Source of the DNA: an uncultured Acidobacteriota bacterium
Lineage (GTDB): Bacteria; Acidobacteriota; Blastocatellia; RBC074
Direction of reading: 5' to 3'
Length of the DNA: 64,000 nt
Assembly (NCBI GenBank): GCA_963796275.1
Contig: CAWCKY010000006.1
Location: 256,001-320,000, forward strand
Below are positions 54,205 to 64,000 of the stretch, one piece after another. The notes under the pieces were generated by a model, which had not been told where the DNA came from, ran no database searches, and worked only from the letters and a program-made list of their open reading frames with translations. The translations under genes were made by a program, and so were the position numbers. The stretch's first letter is position 1. Each line of letters starts with the position of its first letter.

Positions 54205-55298
54205 TCAGAATTGCAGACACCATTCCCCCTCCAACCTCGAGAGGAAGGCGTCGCCTCGCTGGATAGCGTGGAGCACTTCGAAATTTTTCGAATGGATCAA
54301 TGTCCAACCGCTGAACCGGTCGAACCAGCAGTATTTATCGCTCAATTCCTGGATGTATTGCGCCTCGAGTCGGCCAATCAACGCCGTTGCTCCGTGCCGT
54401 CGCGCATGTTCAAAGAGATGATCGAGAATTTCATCGAAGGAATTCTTCCTGGCGGCGATCTGTATAACTGTGCTTGTACCACCTGACTTGAGGTAGTACA
54501 GATACCATCCTATAACTTCACCACTCGGTTCGCGAACCAGAATGCTCTGTAAAGTGCCGAATAAATGCATCTGCCGGGCATGATTTAAGACCCATTGCAG
54601 GGAATGGTTGTCATATACCGGTTGAATCGCCCGGTTGCCGGCCATCTGCGGCAAGTAAGCGAGCAAAGTCCTGGCATCCAACTCTTCCTCCGAATGCTCC
54701 GAATTCAACCTAGGGTAATATTTAGGCACGAGCTTTGTGGTGCCGCCATCTATAAGACGACAGAGCGGTGTCAGCACAGATGTCAGGGTCGCAAATGATG
54801 TTCGTTCGCCAAGCTGGGTAACTACAAATTGGCTGGGCTTCAATAACCTGGTCCATCGCTGGCTATAGAGATAAGTCGTCATCCCTCCCACACCTTCCCA
54901 GACTGTGCGACCGACCTTTCCGGCGCCGTCGGTTAAAGAGAGGTCCTGCGGGCCGGCGAAGAATGCCTTCAGCAACTGGATACCGGCTAGACTTGTCCGG
55001 CTTTCCGGCTCGACCATAAAATGAAGGCTGATTGCCATGCGGATAGGGTGATGCCGTAGTAACATCGGGCGGGGAGTGACTCCCAGGAATCCGATAATTT
55101 TGCCGCTGGCGCTCTCATAGACCAATGATGTTATCTCTTCGTCGTACCAGGGATTGTGGAAAAATATCTGCTCGAAATAGTCCGGCAGCAAATCGCGGGA
55201 TTGCAGTCGCATACCTTCCTTATTTCTGAGCAGGAGACGCTGAAACATATCAACGACCTGCGGTATATCATCTTTTGAAAAGGGCCGAATGGGTTTCA
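54205..55298 (-). CDS. GNAT-family N-acetyltransferase-like protein (likely start MKPIR at 55298)
   Basis: IRPF..DDIPQV, IIGFLG, FMVEPESR..GIQLLK, two-domain layout. Confidence 0.7.
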
Positions 55299-55446
55299 TT
55301 CCCGCAGTTTCATTTATTTCGTATTCTGAAATTCGTTTCTTCCCGTTAACGCTCTCAACCAAAATATACGTTTCATCGTATTTTGTTTCGGGATTTCCAC
55401 GGTGGCAGTTAAACCTGCAGCGAATAAGCAAAACTCGTGGCTCACA

Positions 55447-56493
55447 TCAGTCCACCACCACTCGTTTCCCCCTATGCCTGATCACCGATTCGATGCCCAT
55501 AAGTTTCTGCTGGAACACGGAGATCGTATCTCCACAGCCTATCGTAATGCGGGGAAGCGAGTGAAGAAATTTTCGATGCTTTGCGTGAAGGTGGCCGAAT
55601 CTCGTGGTGAAGGCCGATCGGAATCCGACCTCGCGCGCCACTTCGAATTCCCGGTGGCAGACCTGAGTGTCGCCTCCGAATGGATAAGCGAGGTGGTCGA
55701 CGGAATGTCCGAGGCGTCTCTCGAGTATCTCCTTCCCTCCGGCTAGTTCGGCCCATACTCCTTGGGCAGTTAAACAGCTCAACACCGGATGGTTCTTCGT
55801 GTGAGCGCCTATCGTTATCAATGGATGACTGCTGAGCTCGATCAACTCATCCCACGAGAGGAACATCGATTCGGATGTGGATGTGCTCGGGCAGAGATTG
55901 CGAAGCTTCTCCATGAAAGCGTTCTGGTCGTCGGGGCTCATCTCCTTGAAGAGGATATATAGCTCGCTGAACGCCGAAAATGTTTGAGCGGGAGTCTCGA
56001 GCTTCCAGGAGAACAATCTCCCTTTCCAGGAAATTTCTGCGGCATCGAGCTTCCTCAGAATAGCATCCAGCTCGTACCACCACGGCACACAGGTTCCATC
56101 GATGAATCCGGTGGTGACGAAGATAGTTGCCGGAACGCCGTATCGCTCGAGGACCGGAAGAGCGTGAACGAGATTGTCGTGATATCCATCGTCGAAGGTA
56201 ACAACGATGGTTCTGTTCGAAAGCGTGCCTTCAGCAAGCCTCTCGACGGCGTCCGGAAGTGCGACACAATCATAATGCTTACTGATATAGACAATCTGTC
56301 GCTCGAACTCCTTTACGGGAACAGCAAGGCTGATGTATGGACTGAGCAATAACGGTCCATTCGTTTCAGTGGTTACCCGATGATAGAGGAGGCAACTGCC
56401 AAAGCCTGTGTAGAAGCGTTGGAGAAACCGAAAAGAAGAATGCGCGAGTGTTGCACGAACTCCATTCTTTAACTTCGACAAGTTGAATCTCAT
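55447..56493 (-). CDS. Polysaccharide deacetylase (CE4/NodB)
   Basis: LYHRV, VTFDDGY, IGAHTKNHP, LAYPFG, LPRI. Confidence 0.93.
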   Translation of the reverse strand: MRFNLSKLKNGVRATLAHSSFRFLQRFYTGFGSCLLYHRVTTETNGPLLLSPYISLAVPVKEFERQIVYISKHYDCVALPDAVERLAEGTLSNRTIVVTFDDGYHDNLVHALPVLERYGVPATIFVTTGFIDGTCVPWWYELDAILRKLDAAEISWKGRLFSWKLETPAQTFSAFSELYILFKEMSPDDQNAFMEKLRNLCPSTSTSESMFLSWDELIELSSHPLITIGAHTKNHPVLSCLTAQGVWAELAGGKEILERRLGHSVDHLAYPFGGDTQVCHREFEVAREVGFRSAFTTRFGHLHAKHRKFLHSLPRITIGCGDTISVFQQKLMGIESVIRHRGKRVVVD

Positions 56494-56852
56494 GAACTAT
56501 GTGATAAGGCGACACTATTGATAATTTGAAGAATATTCTGCCCCCATCCCGGTGCCATTCTTCACAAAACCGCAAAAATCGATGCGTCGTTAATCTGACC
56601 CTCGTCAAGGGACGCATAACCCGATAGCGTTGAATAGCGAACTTTGCTCATAGAATACTCTCCTCTAGATTTATCCTGGTGCGTCCATCGTTTGGCTGCG
56701 GAGGGTTGCCTTGGATATGTTGGGATAAATAGTAACTGATAACATCTCACATTAGGTTGGGACGCGACTGAGAATATTCGCAAATGCGGCTAATGCAAGA
56801 ATCAATATGTCCGTAAGGTTTACACATTTTATACTTATGCTGATGTCAATTC

Positions 56853-57485
56853 AATCTCATCGAAGCCACAACCGATGTCGGCGTTTTCCTTGAACTATCC
56901 GGAACGCTCAAGGGCACGGCGATGAAGCTGTCCAAGATATGCAACGACCTACGGTTGTTGTGCTCAGGTCCTCAAGCGGGCTTCAACGAGATCAATCTGC
57001 CAGTGCGCCAAGCCGGTTCAAGCATCATGCCGGGCAAGGTAAACCCCGTTATTCCTGAGGTCGTCAACGAGGTCGCTTTTGCGGTCGCAGGTCACGATGT
57101 GACGATTGCCATGGCGGCTGAAGCCGGCCAGCTCCAGCTCAATGCCTTCGTGCCGGTGATCGCCCACGCCCTGTTTGAGAGCCTCAAGTGGATGACCGCA
57201 GCAATCGCGACGCTGCGCGTCAATTGCGTCAAAGGAATTACCGCCAACACGCATCGCCTTGCCGGACAGGTCAGTTCCTTCGTCGGGGTGATCACCGCAC
57301 TCATCCCGCATATCGGCTATGGACCAGCCAGCGAACTGGCCAGGGAAGCATTGGCAACCAATGCCGATATCACGGATCTCGTGGTGAGGTCAGGCATCTT
57401 TACGCGGGAGCAGGTGACGGCGATGTTGTCCCCGGAGAATCTCACGAGCAATCGAACGCATACGCATAGAGCTCGAAGAGAATGA
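56853..57485 (+). pseudogene. aspA: Aspartate ammonia-lyase, C-terminal fragment (5'-truncated)
   Basis: NLIEATTDVG..KLSKICNDLRLL, GSSIMPGKVNPVIPEVVN. The N-terminal half is missing and there is no start or RBS. Confidence 0.85.
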
Positions 57486-57627
57486 GATCGAAAAATCTTC
57501 ACCTCATCTCAAGCACGCGCCAAGCGGAAATGGGAGTGCTTTTTTGTTACTCAGCACGTGTTTTACAAGCTTCTCAGAAGGCCCTGTTGGGGCTTCAGGT
57601 GGAATAACTCATTTTTGGAATAGGCTC

Positions 57628-59451
57628 TCAGTCCCAGCTGAACCGGTCGATGAGGACTGGCGGATCTTCTCCCACCGGGTCATCCTTGCCGATCACGAAG
57701 CCTTCGATCTTGCCTCCCGGGTGTACGCAGAGGCGGACGAAGTGGCGGTAACCCGGGTGGCCCAGTGCTGCAAATCCCTGCTGATGTTCGAGGCCGGTAA
57801 GCATCAGCACGAGCAGGAACACGCCCAGGGCTAGACTCCCGAACACGGCAGACGCCAAAACCACTACCCAAAAGTCGCTCGGCCAGGGCAGGGGTATGAT
57901 GCGCGACAGGAAGAAGTGAAGCCCCAGCGGGGCGATCCCAAGGATCAGACCGAAGATACTCGAAGTTGCCCAGGTCGCCACCGGGCGCTCGAGTCGGGCG
58001 CGCACGGCAAAGCTGGCTGCGACGGTGGCAAAAAGGGTGATAGCGGTAGCAGCCACGCTGCCCCAAATCGGTCCCTGCCGGAGAGCATAGAGCTCAAGGG
58101 CGGCGAGCAGGGCGAACATGCCGTGGGGCAGGAAGCCTGCTGTCCCTGCCGCGAGTCGCAACGGCATTCCCAGAGCCAACCGAAGACTGGTTTTCCGATC
58201 TGGATAAACACATTGGGGCGGTGGGCCGCTCGCATATGGAGGGATGCGGGTTCCGTGGACGAAAGCTCCACCGCCGCCGGCGATGACGTGCATCGAGCGG
58301 CCCACCGCGAGCCGTTCGTAGTGGTGGGCGTCTCCGGTCAGGTAGAGCAGCTTATCCGAGTCGAGCGAAAAGTGGCAGGCCTCGAGAGTCTGCATGCCCG
58401 GTTCGTACGGCTCGTCATAGGCCAGCGCCGGATCGGGCGCCACGAAGATCAACTTGTGCGGCTGGGCTTCGTTACGGCGCTGAGCGAAGAAGACGCGCTG
58501 GCGGAAATCGGCGGTGCGAAGGTGGCGGTCGACACCCCAGAGATCCAGGCCCGGCGCGAGAGCCAGGGCCCAGTAGGATGCCTCTTGAACCGCCTTGTAA
58601 CCCTTGAGCGTCAGCCTGCCCGCTCGCTTCACGGTGGAGCGGAGCAGGAATGCCGCTACGGATTCGGCGGCCTCCTCTATCAGGTGCAGAGATTCGCTGA
58701 GCTCATCGACATGCAGCAGGCGCTGGAGGTTGCCTTCGACACGCCCGGAGGACAGATCGCCGCTTGCGGGAGCTGATCCTCCGTTCCCGGTCGCCGGCTC
58801 GTCTATATCTTCGAGAGGGTTCCTCCGGAAGAGTCGCCCGAAGCCGTCCAGCCCGTCGTACCAGTCGTGGTTGCCCGGGATCCCGAGCAGCACGCGGCGG
58901 CGGCCATCCTCCGCTGCCTCATACAGGGCGGTGTTCCAGGGGCGGAGCAGGCGGCGCTGCATCTCCATCACGGATGAATCCGGGTAGGCGACGTCGCCTC
59001 CGAAGACGAGCAGATCGCCCCGCGGCAGGGTGCGGGGTTGATCTCCCGCAAGCGCGTACTCAGCGAAGATCATGCGTCCCACGGCCAGACTAACGTCATG
59101 GTCGTCGCCGGTGTCGGCCACGAAGTCGATCCAGACCTCGCGACCCAGGCGCTCGGTCAGGCTGCCTCCGGATGTCGAAGCGCCGAGGACCTGACCCACC
59201 CGGTTGAGGAGGCCGGCCGCCTCTTCCGGCTGCATCCAATCGCGCGTGTCGAGGTCATTGCTCGCTGCCGCCACGGCCACCAGGTGTTTAAGGTGGCCGA
59301 CCAGGGCCGTCATGCCGAACCAGCGGATCGCGACAGGCGCATGCGCTCCGCGGTGAATGCGGCCGAAGCCATTTGGCTCTCGCCGGGGCTCGAGCGGCTG
59401 GACGTTCGAATCTGGCTTCACTTCCTGTTTGTCGTCTGTAAGCTGGTTCAA
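57628..59451 (-). CDS. Calcineurin-like metallophosphoesterase with C-terminal TM helices
   Basis: ADTGD, GGDVAY, PGNHDWYDG, GDAHHY, AGGGGAF. Confidence 0.85.
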   Translation of the reverse strand: MNQLTDDKQEVKPDSNVQPLEPRREPNGFGRIHRGAHAPVAIRWFGMTALVGHLKHLVAVAAASNDLDTRDWMQPEEAAGLLNRVGQVLGASTSGGSLTERLGREVWIDFVADTGDDHDVSLAVGRMIFAEYALAGDQPRTLPRGDLLVFGGDVAYPDSSVMEMQRRLLRPWNTALYEAAEDGRRRVLLGIPGNHDWYDGLDGFGRLFRRNPLEDIDEPATGNGGSAPASGDLSSGRVEGNLQRLLHVDELSESLHLIEEAAESVAAFLLRSTVKRAGRLTLKGYKAVQEASYWALALAPGLDLWGVDRHLRTADFRQRVFFAQRRNEAQPHKLIFVAPDPALAYDEPYEPGMQTLEACHFSLDSDKLLYLTGDAHHYERLAVGRSMHVIAGGGGAFVHGTRIPPYASGPPPQCVYPDRKTSLRLALGMPLRLAAGTAGFLPHGMFALLAALELYALRQGPIWGSVAATAITLFATVAASFAVRARLERPVATWATSSIFGLILGIAPLGLHFFLSRIIPLPWPSDFWVVVLASAVFGSLALGVFLLVLMLTGLEHQQGFAALGHPGYRHFVRLCVHPGGKIEGFVIGKDDPVGEDPPVLIDRFSWD

Positions 59452-59480
59452 AATGGGTGAATTACGCTTTCGTCAAAGAG

Positions 59481-60116
59481 CTATTTGGTGTCCACCGGAA
59501 TCGACGCGGGTTTTTCAAGCCGGAATTCGATTAAAGATGCGCTCGGGATTGAAAGCTCACCTGACAGATTCCCTGCAGAGACAGCAGCCGTTCCCGCTGC
59601 AATACCAGCCCCAGCCGCCCTTCCTATACCGACTGCGCCACCAAGCAACGCACCCAAGCCGACCCCAGCGACTACCTTTGCCTTTTCACCTTTTGTCCTT
59701 CCTGTATTTCTTAAACCTCGTGAACGCACATCAAAAGTGTCGGTATCGATCGGAAACGGTGTCCCGCCGATCAAAATATCGGTCAATTCCAGCACCAGTC
59801 TTGAACCACCCGTCGCCTGGCCGCCCATCATGGCAGTCGTCAGCTTGCCGTGAACAATTGTCTCCCTGGTCGCGACGATCACATCATCGACCAGGATATT
59901 GGTTTCGAGTACCCCTCCAAATAGTTGCCCGGCTCGCTGTTGACTCGGATCCAGGGGGTCAATCGTTCGTATCAGGATTCGTGTTCCCTCGGGAATAGTC
60001 ACTTTCCTGACGCGTTGAACCGTAGCCTGTCCCCCCGAAGACGCGGTGGGTGAATTCACCGGCACGGCAGTGATGCCGGTCACTAGTGCGATTGCCAAAA
60101 CGATACTTTGTTTCAT
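59481..60116 (-). CDS. Secreted protein with glycine-zipper (VirB10/TrbI-like beta region)
   Basis: Signal peptide, TIPEGT, GxxxG zipper, IPSAS.IEFRL. Confidence 0.7.
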   Translation of the reverse strand: MKQSIVLAIALVTGITAVPVNSPTASSGGQATVQRVRKVTIPEGTRILIRTIDPLDPSQQRAGQLFGGVLETNILVDDVIVATRETIVHGKLTTAMMGGQATGGSRLVLELTDILIGGTPFPIDTDTFDVRSRGLRNTGRTKGEKAKVVAGVGLGALLGGAVGIGRAAGAGIAAGTAAVSAGNLSGELSIPSASLIEFRLEKPASIPVDTK

Positions 60117-60151
60117 GTCGATGTCTCCTTCCGGAAGATCACTCCTTGTCC

Positions 60152-60686
60152 CTAAATGGGCAAAGGCGCTAGTAACTGCAAGTCAATAAGCAGGAGCAAT
60201 TGGTGCTCAATCTCAACGAACCGTGCGGCTGTGACGGCGCCCAGCGCCTGCTTGAACCGCTCATAGTATCGGTCGAGCAACTCGAGCTGTTGTCTTCGAT
60301 GATCTATAGCTCCCTTAATCACGCGATTCGCCTTATCGTCGGTTATCTGTGAGTACTCGCCGGCATAAAATTTTACGTTGGCACGCATCGGATTCATGGA
60401 GTTTGAACAGTTCGGCATTGTATTCGTCGAAAATCGGCCAGAATTTCGCCGCTTCAGCCGCATCGAGTTGCAAAACCGCTCCCATCAGCTGAGCCTTTTC
60501 CTCCCACACATCCTCGCGCAACAGCTGGATGTATGCTTCAATATTCATCTTATCCGTATCGGTTGCCGCAGAAGCCGCGGCTTGCCCGCTCGGCTCTTGT
60601 GTGGACGGTTTCACTTGCGCCAGAAGCACGAGGCACGAGGCGAAGATCATGCTAAGAAGTACCCAAACTAGCATTCGAGTTTTCAT
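60152..60686 (-). CDS. Secreted helical hypothetical protein, frameshifted near 60390
   Basis: Signal peptide, L..AEAAKFWPIFDEY in one frame, continuing as AARFVEIE in another. GAGGAGG RBS. Confidence 0.7.
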
Positions 60687-60786
60687 TGTTATTACCTCCT
60701 CAAATGAGAACGGACAATTCGTTTATAGCCCGCCGGTAATCTCGAAGGCCTAAAACGATACAATCCTTCTCAATCTCCGATCGCTG

Positions 60787-60854
60787 AAGATAGCAGGCGG
60801 GCATAACCATTGATATCAGGAATACTATGTACGATTGATAGGATTTCTACTGAG
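60787..60854 (-). promoter_or_regulatory. Conserved promoter/operator block, copy A
   Basis: Colinear match to 63738-63805, with extended -10 TGCTATCTT. Confidence 0.65.
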
Positions 60855-60980
60855 GCATATATAAGGGCTCAGGACCTCGATCCGTAATCACAGTCGTTAG
60901 TTCCGAAGATGTACTGCTTACCTCGCGCGCTAATTTGGTTTACCTATGAGAGTCCATTTGTTCGGGATTGGTCATGATTA

Positions 60981-62357
60981 TCATCTGCCGGCTCTTACAT
61001 CTTGGACGGTAATGTTCTTATACACCTTCCCGCCTTTCATAATCACAACGAAGTTCTTCGCCGGGTCGGCGATCAGCTGGATGTTCTCCAGGGGGTTGCC
61101 ATCGACCAGTAAGAGGTCGGCGAGGGCGCCTTCCTCGACCACGCCGAGCTTGCCGGGGTACGGGTTGCGTTTCCCGGATAGCGCCAGCAGTTGGGCATTG
61201 GTCCCCGTCGCCATGGCGAGCGTTTCCGCGGGGCTGTACCAGCGTACGAGGCTTGCCAACATGGCGCCCTGACGCTGGGCCAGTGCTTGGGAAAATAGGA
61301 CATCGGTACCGAATGCGGTCTTGAGTTTATACCTCTTCGCCAATGAATAGGCTGTTTCCGTGCCCTTGTACACTTCCTGAAACTTGGCCCGCTCCTCCGA
61401 TCCCGGAGGAAACGCATCGGCCAAGTCGGGAGGAAACGGCTGAATACTCAGCCAGATACCCTTCTCGGCCATTAACTTAGCAGTGGGTTCGTCCATCAGG
61501 GAGCCATGGTCAATACACTTCACGCCTGCGGCGATTGAGCGTTGGATCGAGGCGGGGGTGTATGCGTGCACCGTGACGTAGGTGCCCCAGTTTCCCGCGG
61601 CTTCGACGGCGGCACGAAGCTCGGCCTCCGTGAAGGTGATCGCGTCGAGCGGACTGTGAGGCGACGCGACGCCGCCACCTGCCGTCAATTTGATCTGCGT
61701 CGCGCCCAGCATTAGCTGCTCGCGCACGCGCACGCGGACCTCATCCGGACTGTCGGCGACCATACTGCCGCCGGTCTGCTCCATGCGCGTCAGCTGGCCG
61801 CCAAGGATGCGCGGCACTTCGAAAGGCTGGCGGAAATCGCCGTGACCACTGGTGATGGTGATAACGGCGCCGGAAGGATAGATGCGCGGGCCGGCGACGA
61901 CGCCTTCGTCAATGGCGCGCTTGAGCCCGAATGACGGCCCGCCCAGGTCGCGAACGGTGGTGAACCCGCGCATCAGCGTGTCCGTGGCCTCATCGCCCGC
62001 CACCAGATTGGCATAGCCGATATCCCACACGATCGCCTCCGCGGGCGTCGGCCGCACGAGCATCGTGTGCCAGTGTGCGTCGATCAGCCCGGGCATCAGC
62101 GTGCGCCCGCCGCCGTTTATAATGCGAGTATTACCGCTTCGGTCTACCGGAATGGGCGAGGTAGAGATTTTCTCGATTTTATTGCCGCGGACCAGGACGT
62201 TGGTAGTGCCTGAGAGCTGCGCGGACTTGCCATCGAATACACGGACATTCTCGAAAAGCACAGTAGTAGGCGGCGAGTCCTGCGTGAGAGCGGCGGATGT
62301 GAAGCAGCAGCCAAGGACGAGAACAGCGCCTAGCAGCTTGCCATTCATGTTTCGCAT
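60981..62357 (-). CDS. Amidohydrolase (Xaa-Pro dipeptidase/prolidase-like), secreted
   Basis: MPGLIDAHWH, GFTTVRDLGG, HAYT, DHG, FGTD, GALADLLLVDGNP. Confidence 0.93.
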   Translation of the reverse strand: MRNMNGKLLGAVLVLGCCFTSAALTQDSPPTTVLFENVRVFDGKSAQLSGTTNVLVRGNKIEKISTSPIPVDRSGNTRIINGGGRTLMPGLIDAHWHTMLVRPTPAEAIVWDIGYANLVAGDEATDTLMRGFTTVRDLGGPSFGLKRAIDEGVVAGPRIYPSGAVITITSGHGDFRQPFEVPRILGGQLTRMEQTGGSMVADSPDEVRVRVREQLMLGATQIKLTAGGGVASPHSPLDAITFTEAELRAAVEAAGNWGTYVTVHAYTPASIQRSIAAGVKCIDHGSLMDEPTAKLMAEKGIWLSIQPFPPDLADAFPPGSEERAKFQEVYKGTETAYSLAKRYKLKTAFGTDVLFSQALAQRQGAMLASLVRWYSPAETLAMATGTNAQLLALSGKRNPYPGKLGVVEEGALADLLLVDGNPLENIQLIADPAKNFVVIMKGGKVYKNITVQDVRAGR

Positions 62358-62415
62358 GAAATTCCTCCATAGCGCTCAGTCTAGCGAGCGCGAAAATATG
62401 ACATTGTCGAGGTAC

Positions 62416-62964
62416 TTACTTGAGAGCCAACACATTGTTCAATGTCTGGTCCTGCTCCGGGCTGAGCGTGGTGTTCACCAGCGTGCCACCATAATTGCGG
62501 AGTTGCTGAAACACGATTCCACCTTTGCCCGTATGCAATAGGGTAAAGAGCGCTGAGTCACCTGGTTGGATCATCGCCCCGACATCTCTTACAAATTCAT
62601 CAGACAGACACAGGATATCCCTCCACCACTTCACATCAGGCACTACCTTCCGCGATTCAATCTCCCCGCTTGTCTGCGTCCCGCAGGCATCAGCCAGACT
62701 CCTGGCAGTATCGACGATTCCGTCCGTCATCGAATGGAAAAGGACCAGACTGAGTAATGATCCCCACAATCTGGCCCACCTCTCCTCCTCCTCGGTAGTT
62801 GGGTCAAAGCTGAACAAAACCTTGAATTTATCCTGATCTATTTGCCTGACAACTACAGCCTTATCCAAATCGACCACCCAATCCCATTCTCGCCGCAGCA
62901 AATCGTTGAGGACCTCAGAAGCCCGGTATTGATCCTTAAAGACAATGGCTAAAAGTTCGCTCAC
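62416..62964 (-). CDS. DUF1269-family protein (paralog of 25158)
   Basis: MSELLAI, RASEVLN, WARLWG, GGTLVNTTLS. Confidence 0.8.
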   Translation of the reverse strand: MSELLAIVFKDQYRASEVLNDLLRREWDWVVDLDKAVVVRQIDQDKFKVLFSFDPTTEEEERWARLWGSLLSLVLFHSMTDGIVDTARSLADACGTQTSGEIESRKVVPDVKWWRDILCLSDEFVRDVGAMIQPGDSALFTLLHTGKGGIVFQQLRNYGGTLVNTTLSPEQDQTLNNVLALK

Positions 62965-62989
62965 ACGCGTCTCTCACTGCGCTTCTCGT

Positions 62990-63577
62990 TTATTGGGGAT
63001 GGAGGTCTCCCGCGATGGGTCTGTTGTCGAAATATCTTGATTGCTTGCGCGACTCGAGAGCCATCATCAGGCGGCTGATGCCCCCTATAAACATGCTGAT
63101 TCCCACGATTGTTCCGATTGCCCAGAACGAGCTGACAGGCCATTGCCTCCAGATCAATAAGCCGAGAAACACGGATATGATTGCATGCATCAGCAGCCAA
63201 ACGGAGCGTTCATGCCTCCGCGACCCAAAATAGGCGATCAAGTCCATAACGCCTTCCGCGAAGAAAAATATCGCCAACACAAGCGTCAGGCCGGCGACCC
63301 CGATCAGGGTGTTGGCCAGTAAATATGCCCCTCCGGCGAGGTACAAAACTGCGACCAGAATCTTCCAGGTAATGCGCCCGACTCCTTCGGACTGAAAGGC
63401 ATGAACGAGCTGCGCAAAGCCGTCGAAGATAATCAACCATCCGAGCACCCGTACCGCTCCAATCGATGTCGCTGTCGGTAAGGTGATTGCCAGTAGCCCT
63501 AATATGATCAGTATGATCGCCAAAATAAGTGACGATTTTGAGGACCCGTGCGGTATTGCTTCCATTGCTGTACTCAT
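62990..63577 (-). CDS. HdeD/DUF308 membrane protein
   Basis: Six TMs, WP.SS.WAIGTIVGI. Confidence 0.88.
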   Translation of the reverse strand: MSTAMEAIPHGSSKSSLILAIILIILGLLAITLPTATSIGAVRVLGWLIIFDGFAQLVHAFQSEGVGRITWKILVAVLYLAGGAYLLANTLIGVAGLTLVLAIFFFAEGVMDLIAYFGSRRHERSVWLLMHAIISVFLGLLIWRQWPVSSFWAIGTIVGISMFIGGISRLMMALESRKQSRYFDNRPIAGDLHPQ

Positions 63578-63737
63578 TTTTCCCTCCTCGGAAAATCCCT
63601 CCTCGGATAACTCGGATAAATAGATAGGTTTCCGAGTGTTCGTCAGGTTTTCGTGGATCGAACCCGAGAATATTCCCGCCTATCTTTCTTGTTTCTGAGT
63701 GTCATCCATAGCGTCAGGACCGACTCTCAAGGGACGC

Positions 63738-63805
63738 AAGGTAACAGGTAGGCATAACCATTGATATCGGTATGACTATGTAGGGAGGGTGGGATTTCTA
63801 CTGAG
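63738..63805 (-). promoter_or_regulatory. Conserved promoter/operator block, copy B
   Basis: Colinear match to 60787-60854, with extended -10 TGTTACCTT. Confidence 0.65.
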
Positions 63806-63862
63806 CCAGGGCTAAGGATTTCTTGACTGACGGATTTTAGAAATATGCAGGCGTTTTATCTT

Positions 63863-64000
63863 TCAGAATGACTGGCCGAACCGGATGTGAAAAGCGCTAC
63901 TTGGCTGTCGTAACACGGCGCCTGACGCGGTTACAAATGAAGGCGGATCGAGCAGGTAGCCGTAGTCGATTCCAATCGGGCCAATCGGCGTGTTGATGCG
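63863..64000 (-). CDS. C-terminus of a BamA/TamA (Omp85)-family protein, truncated by the window edge
   Basis: Reads RINTPIGPIGIDYGYLLD...FHIRFGQSF*. Confidence 0.8.
   Translation of the reverse strand, partial: RINTPIGPIGIDYGYLLDPPSFVTASGAVLRQPSSAFHIRFGQSF

Overview
Chromosomal accessory region from a diderm bacterium. Acidobacteriota is inferred from the Oar-like TonB receptor and the style of the M48, FG-GAP and REP sequences; this is not proven. The window is rich in envelope and secreted proteins and in signal transduction: two paralogous PAS-kinase/NarL pairs, an orphan NarL regulator, an NtrC-type pair and a membrane-anchored sigma-54 activator. It also carries a dispersed set of sulfatase-associated genes (arylsulfatase, SphA-like barrel, DUF1254/DUF1214-HAD fusion, two DUF1269, DUF4136, HdeD, amidohydrolase). 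The main highlights are: (1) a Cys-rich leader ORF ending in RAPP, upstream of a BNR-repeat protein and a TonB receptor, a probable metal-responsive ribosome-stalling uptake operon; (2) a decayed Y1 tnpA flanked by GTAG-type REP arrays, with an IS50-like element inserted exactly into a REP palindrome and a nested tandem duplication; (3) pairs of conserved non-coding motifs and sigma-54 promoters, including two sigma-54-driven small secreted genes that both start MILNKRT; (4) several gene remnants and frameshifts. No rRNA, tRNA or CRISPR array was seen.
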